Assembly: GCA_964588925.1 (NCBI GenBank)
Contig: CAZPTI010000004.1
Location: forward strand, 633 to 64,632
Source: an uncultured Anaerolineales bacterium
GTDB taxonomy: Bacteria > Chloroflexota > Anaerolineae > CG2-30-64-16
Direction: 5' to 3'
DNA: 64,000 bases
Shown: positions 55,487 through 62,370 of the stretch, piece by piece
Numbering within the stretch: the first letter of the stretch is position 1
How the letters are laid out: each line of letters opens with the position of its first letter
Notes under the pieces: generated by a model
What the model was told of the DNA's origin: nothing
The model's database searches: none
Seen by the model: only the letters and a program-made list of their open reading frames with translations
Made by a program: the position numbers and the translations under genes

Positions 55487-55509
55487 AGCACCCACCACCT
55501 CGCGTTGCT

Positions 55510-55537
55510 GCCGGAGCGTTCAGCGCGACGCTCCGGC
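55510..55537 (+). terminator. hairpin terminator candidate
   Basis: GCCGGAGCGT-TCAGCGCG-ACGCTCCGGC, then a T/C-rich tail. Confidence 0.5.
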
Positions 55538-55612
55538 GCTTCCTTTCCTCCCTATCTCCCGCTTCATTCCGACCTGCCATCAGCAAGCAGTTGTGCGTTT
55601 GCGCGCAGAGAC

Positions 55613-55640
55613 TTGACGCGGCACTACAATCTTGTACAAT
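55613..55640 (+). promoter_or_regulatory. sigma-70-type promoter candidate for the two-component operon
   Basis: TTGACG, 16 nt, TACAAT. About 150-nt leader to ATG 55794. Confidence 0.45.
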
Positions 55641-55793
55641 AGTTGGGTGTTTAGATAGTTGTTCTCATCTGGCCCTGCGTAGCCTGTTTTTGCCAACGCG
55701 AGTGCCAGCCCTCCATCCGACGGCATTGCCGCTCCGATTCAAGCGGCGGTTGTCGCCTCGCCTTTAGTGTTGCGTTTTTGAGTTGAGGACAGG

Positions 55794-56429
55794 ATGCCGA
55801 TTCGCGTGCTAATCGTTGATGATCACGGGGTTGTCCGCCAGGGCTTGCGCATGTACCTGAGCCTGGAAGGGGATGTCGAGATTGTTGGGGAGGGGCGTAA
55901 CGGTGAGGAGGCGCTGGCGCTGGCGCAAAGGCTGAAGCCAGATGTAGTGCTGATGGATCTGTTAATGCCTGTGATGGACGGCATCAAGGCTACAGCAGCC
56001 ATCCGGCGGGAAATGCCCGATGTCGAAGTGATTGCTCTAACGAGTGTTCTTGAAGATGCCGCGGTGGCCGAAGCCGTGCGCGTCGGCGCGGTCGGCTACT
56101 TACTTAAGGACACGGAATCGGCGGAATTAATCCGGGCGATTCGCGCGGCCGCCTCCGGCCAGGTCTACCTCACCCCGGTCGCGCTCGAGCGCTTAATGCG
56201 CGACGTCGGCGCGCCGCAATCCCTGCAAGAACCCCTGACCGCACGCGAGATTGACGTTCTCCGGTTGCTTGCGCAAGGACGCTCCAACAGAGAGATCTCC
56301 AAAGCGCTTTCTATAACCGACCAGACGGTCAAGTCCCACGTGAGTCATATCTTGGGGAAACTTGGCGTCTGCAGCCGGACTCAGGCTGCGCTGTATGCCA
56401 TTGAAGCAGGCCTCACACATGGCCGATAA
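55794..56429 (+). CDS. NarL/LuxR-family response regulator
   Basis: REC (VLIVDDH, VVLMDLLMP) plus LuxR HTH (LTAREIDVLRLLAQGRSNREISKALSITDQTVKSHV). Confidence 0.95.
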   Translation: MPIRVLIVDDHGVVRQGLRMYLSLEGDVEIVGEGRNGEEALALAQRLKPDVVLMDLLMPVMDGIKATAAIRREMPDVEVIALTSVLEDAAVAEAVRVGAVGYLLKDTESAELIRAIRAAASGQVYLTPVALERLMRDVGAPQSLQEPLTAREIDVLRLLAQGRSNREISKALSITDQTVKSHVSHILGKLGVCSRTQAALYAIEAGLTHGR

Positions 56430-58110
56430 ACCCTGGCCTGTGGCCTCAGCCCCTGAGACTCAAGGCATCAACGAACTCCTTGAAACCGCCTCAAACGAGC
56501 GGTTCTGGGTTCGAATTGGCGTGCCGTTCGCGCTGGCGGCCGGTTTCTTGCTGCTGGATCTGTTCCTCCACGAAGTTCTGGGGCCTGCATGGCGCAGTGT
56601 AACTCACTACCTGATGGCTGCGCTGCTGCTCGGAACCTCCTTTTTCGTCGTCTCCATCCACCAACGTACCGTTGCGCAACGCTCTGCCGCCCGGACGCTC
56701 CTGTTGGCGCGTGAGGAGAGCTATCGCACGCTTTTCGATATCTTCCCGGAGCCGACGACCGTCTGGAGTGGAGATGGAGTTCTTCTGCTCCAGAATCTTG
56801 TCTCCGCGCGCAACATGGGCGGCAGCCGTGAGACTTACGTCGGCAAAACGATCGTGGAGATGTTCGGGCCGGAGGCAGGGCTCGGTTACCTGGAGCGCAT
56901 CCAACGTGTCTATCGGACCGGCATAAGCGAGCAGCAGGAGGACGAGGTCGAGCTGCCGACCGGTGACCGGCGCCACTTTTCGACTTCAATGCAGCGCGTG
57001 CGTCAGCCCAACGGTGCGCATGCGGTGCAGGTCATCTCTTACGACATTACGGAGCGAGTCAAAGCGGAGCGCGCCTGGCGGGCCGAACATGAGCGCGCTT
57101 CGATGTATCTCGACATCGCGGCAGTCATGATCGTTGCTCTGGACAGGGACTACCATGTGACGCTAATAAACGCGCGGGGCTCCGAAGTGCTGGGCCGAAG
57201 TGAGTCGGAGATAGTCGGCAGAGACTGGTTCTCGGAATTCCTGCCCGAGCGCCTGCGCGAACAAATGCGCAGCGCTTTCGATCGTGTGATGGCGGGCCAA
57301 CAAGACATTGGGGGAACCTTTGACATTCCCGTCCTGGCGGCCTCAGGCGAAGAACGTGTGATCGCATGGCGAATCGTGGTCGTGCGGAATGAGGCGGACG
57401 AAGTTGTGGGGGCTTTGAGTTCGGGAGAGGACATTACAGACCGCCTGCGAGCGGAGGAAGCCCTTCGTAACTGGGAAATCCTGCGCGCGCAGGAGCGCAC
57501 CGCGCTCGAGGAACGCCAACGTCTTGCGCGGGAACTGCATGACTCCGTATCGCAAGCCCTTTATGGCATCGGGTTGGGCGTCAATACGGCTTTAATGACA
57601 CTTGATCGGGACATGCGAATGACGCGCGAGGCGCTCGAATATGCGCTTGGCCTGGCGCGGGCAGGACTGAGCGAGATGCGCGCGCTGATTCTCGAATTGC
57701 GGCCGGAGTCGCTTGAGTCCGAAGGTCTGGTGGCTGCGTTATCTAAGCAAGTCGAAGCGGTTCGCGCCCGATTTGAGTTGCCGGTTGACCTCCGCGCATG
57801 CGAAGAGCCAGCCCTGTCTATGTCGGCAAAAGAGACCCTTTACCGTATTGCGCAAGAAGCTTTACATAATGTCGTGCGGCATGCGCAGGCGCGCGAGTTG
57901 CGAGTCGCGTTGTCTTGTGAAGATGGCTTCGTAATCCTCGAGATATGTGATGACGGCATCGGCTTCGACGTTAAGGAGCAGTACCCGGGCCATCTGGGAT
58001 TGAAATCGATGCGCGAGCGGGCCAACAACCTGGGCGGCGCTTTGCGGATCCAAAGCGCGCCTGGCAATGGAACCTTGATTGAAGCGCGCGTTCCGATCGA
58101 AGCAAATTGA
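56419..58110 (+). CDS. sensor histidine kinase (2 TM, two PAS domains, HisKA_3, HATPase_c)
   Basis: H-box LARELHDSVSQALYGI, N-box QEALHNVVRHA, G-box DDGIGF. ATG at 56419 overlaps the response-regulator stop. Confidence 0.9.
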   Translation: MADKPWPVASAPETQGINELLETASNERFWVRIGVPFALAAGFLLLDLFLHEVLGPAWRSVTHYLMAALLLGTSFFVVSIHQRTVAQRSAARTLLLAREESYRTLFDIFPEPTTVWSGDGVLLLQNLVSARNMGGSRETYVGKTIVEMFGPEAGLGYLERIQRVYRTGISEQQEDEVELPTGDRRHFSTSMQRVRQPNGAHAVQVISYDITERVKAERAWRAEHERASMYLDIAAVMIVALDRDYHVTLINARGSEVLGRSESEIVGRDWFSEFLPERLREQMRSAFDRVMAGQQDIGGTFDIPVLAASGEERVIAWRIVVVRNEADEVVGALSSGEDITDRLRAEEALRNWEILRAQERTALEERQRLARELHDSVSQALYGIGLGVNTALMTLDRDMRMTREALEYALGLARAGLSEMRALILELRPESLESEGLVAALSKQVEAVRARFELPVDLRACEEPALSMSAKETLYRIAQEALHNVVRHAQARELRVALSCEDGFVILEICDDGIGFDVKEQYPGHLGLKSMRERANNLGGALRIQSAPGNGTLIEARVPIEAN

Positions 58111-58225
58111 TGGCCGGGTTGAGACAAACAAAAAACGCCTTGCGGCAGCGCGCGCGCTTGCGAGCAGCAAGCGATTCACCTTAAGAATCACAGAGGGGGC
58201 GTGATCCGCGCCGGGCCAGAGAATC

Positions 58226-58271
58226 AAAAACGCCCCGTAGAGTGCTCAAAGGCACGCTCTGCGGGACGTTT
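58226..58271 (-). terminator. rho-independent terminator downstream of tRNA-Met (minus strand)
   Basis: Minus strand has an approximately 18-bp imperfect stem (AAACGTCCCGCAGAGCGTGC / GCACTCTACGGGGCGTTT), then TTTTGATT. Confidence 0.6.
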
Positions 58272-58309
58272 CATAGGTTTAAGTGGGTGACTTCTGGCAC
58301 CCGACTTAG

Positions 58310-58381
58310 TGGCGACGGACAGACTTGAACTGTCGACCCAGCGATTATGAGCCGCTTGCTCTGCCACTGAGCTACGTCGCC
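58310..58381 (-). tRNA. tRNA with anticodon CAT (elongator Met, or Ile2 if lysidinylated)
   Basis: Hand-folded 72-nt cloverleaf: GGCGACG acceptor, loop CTCATAA, T arm GACAG-TTCAAGT-CTGTC. The normal 1-72 pair means it is not an initiator. Confidence 0.85.
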
Positions 58382-58875
58382 AAACCATTCACTATTATAT
58401 CCGTTCCGCTCATCACGGTCAAATTACGGCCATTTACGCCTTCTGCTGGCGCGATTTGTTCTAACAGATGCCATGCATCCCGATACGCTGCTGACCGTGG
58501 TTTCCGTTGTCGCCGATCCGTCTCCACCATCGAAATCCCGCTGCGAAAGCCCAGAAAGACCTCAACAGGCAGCACATAGAAAACTGTTGCCTCTGGCAAG
58601 TACACCAGCGCAAAATCGAAGTCCTCGCTCGTGTAACTGCTGCGAAGCATTACGCGCCGGTTCGTCTTCGTGCGACGCGTGTCCATCATGTAGTTGGCTG
58701 ACTTCTCGTCCAGCCAAGCGGCCTTGACTTGCGCCTTAACCAGTCGCCCTTTCACGTCAAACACCAGATCATAGGGCAACCGGTCGCCTACAGGACGCAA
58801 CACGCCCCACCCGCGCTTCAGCCCCTCGAGAATCGCCGCTTGTTCCGCAATATCGCCTTTAAGCTTGGTGTCCAT
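58372..58875 (-). CDS. PD-(D/E)XK endonuclease, I-Ssp6803I-like (group I intron-associated family)
   Basis: 167 aa. KGDIAEQAAILEGLKRGWGVLRPVGDRLPYDLVFDVKGRLVKAQVKAAW fits the small PDDEXK_5-type fold. Own RBS (GAGGGTGGG). Lower GC by eye. The last 10 nt overlap tRNA-Met. Confidence 0.7.
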   Translation of the reverse strand: MDTKLKGDIAEQAAILEGLKRGWGVLRPVGDRLPYDLVFDVKGRLVKAQVKAAWLDEKSANYMMDTRRTKTNRRVMLRSSYTSEDFDFALVYLPEATVFYVLPVEVFLGFRSGISMVETDRRQRKPRSAAYRDAWHLLEQIAPAEGVNGRNLTVMSGTDIIVNGLAT

Positions 58876-58908
58876 CTTCGCCCACCCTCTTTTGGTCTGC
58901 GGATAAAC

Positions 58909-58943
58909 AAAAGACCTGGCAGCTAAAAACTGCCAGGTCTTTT
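58909..58943 (-). terminator. terminator between tRNA-fMet and the endonuclease gene
   Basis: AAAAGACCTGGCAG-N7-CTGCCAGGTCTTTT. The minus-strand stem is followed by TTTTGTTT. Confidence 0.75.
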
Positions 58944-58948
58944 CTAGG

Positions 58949-59284
58949 TTGCGGGGGCAGGATTCGAACCTGCGACCTTTGGGTTATGCTTACCACCACA
59001 GCTTTCGCTGCCCTTGCGGTTTGTGGCCTGGACTTTCCCTTCGCCCTCGGTTTCCCGGTCGGGCGCCTGCCATCAAGTCTCTACACCTTCTCGAACTCTC
59101 GCTCGAGCTTGGCTCGGGGTCACCCCGCTAACGGCTTCCCCGACTTTGACAGGTAATCACGGCGCATTACTGCGACGCAGCCCTTTCCTCGACTAACCTC
59201 CGCCAGACATCTTGCGGTGCGCCTGTCGGTCTTGCCGTTAATCTCGGAGTTGAGCCCAACGAGCTGCCACTGCTCCACCCCGCG
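58949..59284 (-). tRNA. initiator tRNA-fMet (CAT) interrupted by a group I intron
   Basis: Exon 1 (59284-59253) is CGCGGGGTGGAGCAGTGGCAGCTCGTTGGGCT. Exon 2 (58988-58949) is CATAACCCAAAGGTCGCAGGTTCGAATCCTGCCCCCGCAA. Joined, they give a 72-nt cloverleaf with a C1xA72 mismatch and GGG/CCC in the anticodon stem. Confidence 0.85.
58989..59252 (-). ncRNA. group I intron, IC3-like, ORF-less (264 nt)
   Basis: Inserted between U33 and C34. Follows a U and ends in G. Core blocks GTCAAAGTCGG, CCGAGCCAAGCTCGAG, GAAGGTGTAGAGACTTGATGGCAGG, GAAAGTCCAGG and GGCAGCGAAAGCTGT resemble the Anabaena tRNA-Leu and Azoarcus tRNA-Ile introns. Confidence 0.8.
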
Positions 59285-59322
59285 TCGAATGTTTTCCTAT
59301 TATACTCGTTGCGCCCCATCTG

Positions 59323-59700
59323 TCAATTTAGCCCCAGGGCTTTCAACCAACTCTGCCAGAGCGGGCCTTCCGGCTGCTGTGGGGCCTCCGGTTCAAGCGC
59401 CGGCGCCGGCGCCACTTGCGCACCCTGCACGCCCTTCGGCAGCCGCCCGAACATGTCCCACGCCTGGCCGGGCGCCAGCTCGCCGCGTTGGCCGCGCTCC
59501 AACTGGATTTGCAGCAGCAGATTCTGCCGCTCCAGCCGGTTTCGCCGCTCCAGCGCCTGCTGGTAATGCCCGTCCATCGTCCGCCGCGTCATCGCCAGCT
59601 CCACAAAGCCGGCCGCAAAGAAAACGACCGCGGCCAGTGCCGCAAGCGTCAGGACTCGCGACGGGCCGATCACTCTGCGCAACGACTTGAGCGCGGACAT
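59323..59700 (-). CDS. FtsB/DivIC-like septum formation initiator (single TM + coiled coil)
   Basis: MSALKSLRRV..TM..ALERRNRLERQNLLLQIQLERGQ. ATG at 59700. The ORF-track extension to 59823 runs into tRNA-Leu and is rejected. Confidence 0.55.
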   Translation of the reverse strand: MSALKSLRRVIGPSRVLTLAALAAVVFFAAGFVELAMTRRTMDGHYQQALERRNRLERQNLLLQIQLERGQRGELAPGQAWDMFGRLPKGVQGAQVAPAPALEPEAPQQPEGPLWQSWLKALGLN

Positions 59701-59781
59701 CCCTGCCCTCCGGTTGCCACAAAAAGGGTTACTGGCCCACAGGCAGAAAATCCCACGGCACAGCCGCGGGATCTGGATAGG

Positions 59782-59865
59782 TGCCGAAGGAGGGAGTTGA
59801 ACCCTCACGAGCTCAATGCTCACTAGGTCCTGAACCTAGCGCGTCTGCCATTCCGCCACTTCGGC
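59782..59865 (-). tRNA. tRNA-Leu (anticodon CAG)
   Basis: 84-nt class II cloverleaf: GCCGAAG acceptor, loop TTCAGGA, long variable arm TGAGCATTGAGCTCGT, T arm GAGGG-TTCAACT-CCCTC. Confidence 0.9.
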
Positions 59866-59897
59866 TCGGCTGTTCGATTGTACGTCGATTTATAACA

Positions 59898-61619
59898 CTA
59901 TTTCTCCGACGTGTCAAGTTGCGCGGGGCTTTGTTCTGTTGAGCGCGTAGGTAGCGGAACCGCCGTGCGCTGGGCGCCAGCACTGCCCACCGTCACACGC
60001 TTTGTCACGATATACCAGTTCGCAATGCTCCGGTAGCGGTCGCCGGGCGTGTTCAGCGGGCCCATCTGCGCATCCCGCACCTTGTCCCGCACGCCGTACG
60101 TGTACACCGGGTAGTAGAGCAGCAGGGAAGGCACTTCCTCGCTAAAAATGCGCTGGAAGTCCTTGTAGTACGGGATGCGGCTTTCGTGGTCGGGCAGCGA
60201 ACGCGCGCGCTCGATCGCCTCGTCGGCCGGCCGGCTCTCCCAGCCCGCGTAGTTCTGCCCGGTTTTGGCCTGCGTCGAGTGCCACAACGGGTACGGGTCG
60301 GGATCGCCCGACAACTCCCAGTCCACCAGGGCTGCGTCGAAGGTGCGCGGGGCAAGGAAGTCCGCGGTGAGGCCGGGCAGGCTGACCGCTTGCGGCTCGA
60401 CCTTTACGCCGATCTCCGCCCACATCCCGCTGATCGCATCCAGTTTCGCCTTATCCTTCCCCAGCAGCACGAACGCCAGCTTCACGCCCTCGCGGTCGCG
60501 CACCCCATCGCCGTCGCTGTCGACCCAGCCGGCCTGGTCCAGCAGTTGCTTTGCGGCCTCCGGGTCGTACCCGTACTTCGTGACTTCCTGGTCGTACGCC
60601 CAGCTATACGGCATGATGGGCGAATTAGCGATCATCCCCTGGCCCTTCAACACCGTGTCGATCAGCTTCTGCCGGTCGAGCGCATACATCAGGGCTTTGC
60701 GCACGGCTGCATCCTTGAAGAAAGGCGTGTTCGGGTTCTGGTGGTTCAGGTAGATCACAGTGTAGCCCGAAACGGGCGCGGAGAAGAGGTTCAGGTCGGT
60801 CAGCTCGGACGTTTTTGCCATATCTTCCGGCCACAGCCAGCTAATCGCGTCGATCTCGCCGCGCTCGTAAGCTGGCATGAGGCTCTGATGGTCGGGGTAA
60901 AAGCGGATGGTGATGCCGTCAAGGAAGGGCGCAGGGCCGTGGTAAGTCGGGTTTGTCTTGAGCCTGGCTTCGGTCGCGGTGATGTTTTCCAGAACGAAGG
61001 GGCCTGTGCCGACCGGCCGCGTGTTGTACTGCGAGCTCATCAGGTCGGCTGTGGGCACGTCCTGCCACAGGTGCGCGGGGAGCAGACCGATCGTGGTGTA
61101 GTCGACGAACGGCGCAAAAGGCTGCTTGAGCTGGAACCGGACGCTCAACCCCTCGGGCCCGTCCGGCGCAGTCGCTTCGACCTCGCGCCACAGCGCGCTC
61201 AGCCACGCCATGCCGGGGAAGTCCGGCGCCTGCATCGTCTTGACCGTATGGAGCACGTCGTTCGCCGTCACCGGGACGCCGTCATGCCAGTATAACCCCG
61301 ACCGCAGCTTGAAGTCGTAGGTCAGGCCGTCGGGGCTGATGGTCATCGTATCGGCAAGGTCGGGCACTACGTTGCCGCGCTCGTCGAGCCGCGTCAGACC
61401 GTTGAAGAGCAGGCTGGAGAGAACCCCATCCACCTGGTTGTACTGGCTGAGGAGGGGGTTGAGGAACTGGGGGTTCCCGGCCATACCCTCCACCAGCTCA
61501 CCGCCGTGGTCGGGCACGGTGACGCTGGTGAAGTTATAGGCCGTATAACGCAGCAGGGCGGCCAGGAGCGCGATGCCCAGGATCGCGATCACCGCCTGCC
61601 AGCGAAGGTATCTGCCCAA
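59898..61619 (-). CDS. ABC transporter substrate-binding protein, family 5 (peptide/nickel type)
   Basis: 573 aa. N-terminal membrane anchor. SBP_bac_5-like core (GLYWHDGVPVTANDV, DAALVDW). Confidence 0.85.
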   Translation of the reverse strand: MGRYLRWQAVIAILGIALLAALLRYTAYNFTSVTVPDHGGELVEGMAGNPQFLNPLLSQYNQVDGVLSSLLFNGLTRLDERGNVVPDLADTMTISPDGLTYDFKLRSGLYWHDGVPVTANDVLHTVKTMQAPDFPGMAWLSALWREVEATAPDGPEGLSVRFQLKQPFAPFVDYTTIGLLPAHLWQDVPTADLMSSQYNTRPVGTGPFVLENITATEARLKTNPTYHGPAPFLDGITIRFYPDHQSLMPAYERGEIDAISWLWPEDMAKTSELTDLNLFSAPVSGYTVIYLNHQNPNTPFFKDAAVRKALMYALDRQKLIDTVLKGQGMIANSPIMPYSWAYDQEVTKYGYDPEAAKQLLDQAGWVDSDGDGVRDREGVKLAFVLLGKDKAKLDAISGMWAEIGVKVEPQAVSLPGLTADFLAPRTFDAALVDWELSGDPDPYPLWHSTQAKTGQNYAGWESRPADEAIERARSLPDHESRIPYYKDFQRIFSEEVPSLLLYYPVYTYGVRDKVRDAQMGPLNTPGDRYRSIANWYIVTKRVTVGSAGAQRTAVPLPTRSTEQSPAQLDTSEK

Positions 61620-61624
61620 GGGTG

Positions 61625-61852
61625 TTATCCGGCGACGAGCACGGTGACGATGCAGAGCAGCATGAAGACGACGCCGAGAACGATCGTCGCGTTGAAGAGG
61701 GTCTTCTCAACGCCGCGGCGGGTCTTATACACGCCCATATCGGCGCCGCCGCCGAACATGTTGCTCATGCCCGCATCCTTCAACTGGATCAGGACAACCG
61801 CGGTGATGGCGATAGCCAGAACGATCTGCGCAAGGTACAGGTAAACTTCCAC
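61625..61852 (-). CDS. secG: preprotein translocase subunit SecG
   Basis: GTG at 61852 with a GGAGG RBS. VLIQLKDAGMSNMFGGG...KTRRGVEKTL, two TM helices. The ORF maximum extends to 61906. Confidence 0.8.
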   Translation of the reverse strand: MEVYLYLAQIVLAIAITAVVLIQLKDAGMSNMFGGGADMGVYKTRRGVEKTLFNATIVLGVVFMLLCIVTVLVAG

Positions 61853-62005
61853 GGGAAACTTGCCTCCGGTAGGATAAAGGCGGGCGACGCGCGCATACGC
61901 AGTCAACGGCCCGACGGAAGAGGCATTATAGCACGGGGCAGAGGGTCGGGCAAGAAAAGCCGCATCGTTGAGTGCGGTTCAGGATTTCCGCGAAATTCAG
62001 TTGTG

Positions 62006-62239
62006 CTACGCACGCGTGTTCGCGGTTATGCGGCTGAACGCGGGCGCGGCCGGACAGATTTCCCGCATGGTATTGAGGGCGCGGGACGGACGCAGACAGG
62101 CGAACGGGCCGCAGGAATGGTAGATGCGGCGATACAGGGGGTTTTGCGCGATTTCGCGCAACGATTTTCGCGCGAACGCGTCGATTTTGGCGAGGGTGAT
62201 GCGCACGCCGCCGAAAAGAGGGCTTAAGTGATGGGCCAC
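62006..62239 (-). CDS. hypothetical small protein
   Basis: 77-aa ORF with high third-position GC typical of coding here. No recognisable family. Confidence 0.35.
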   Translation of the reverse strand: MAHHLSPLFGGVRITLAKIDAFARKSLREIAQNPLYRRIYHSCGPFACLRPSRALNTMREICPAAPAFSRITANTRA

Positions 62240-62370
62240 GGGCGCGCTGCGCGGCAGCTATGCGCCTGGCATGTTAAGGAGCGATCTTTTTGTCCTCCTA
62301 CCTTGACTACAACATATGTTCGTGTGGAATGTTAAGGGGATTTCCACAATCCGATCCACAAGATGCGTTT

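Noticed and set aside
58325-58579. 84-aa plus-strand ORF
   Set aside because: It begins inside the minus-strand tRNA-Met gene and is antisense to the endonuclease ORF.
59217-59826. Plus-strand ORFs 59217..59690, 59309..59566 and 59416..59826, plus the minus-strand extension 59701..59823
   Set aside because: They overlap the group I intron, the tRNA exon or tRNA-Leu. They are Ala/Pro/Arg-rich, and the FtsB-like frame with ATG 59700 explains the coding signal.
62240-62370. Duplicated ATGTTAAGG and a 7-bp inverted repeat (TGTGGAA/TTCCACA) downstream of cydC
   Set aside because: They are too short to distinguish from chance and have no T-tract or recognisable motif context.
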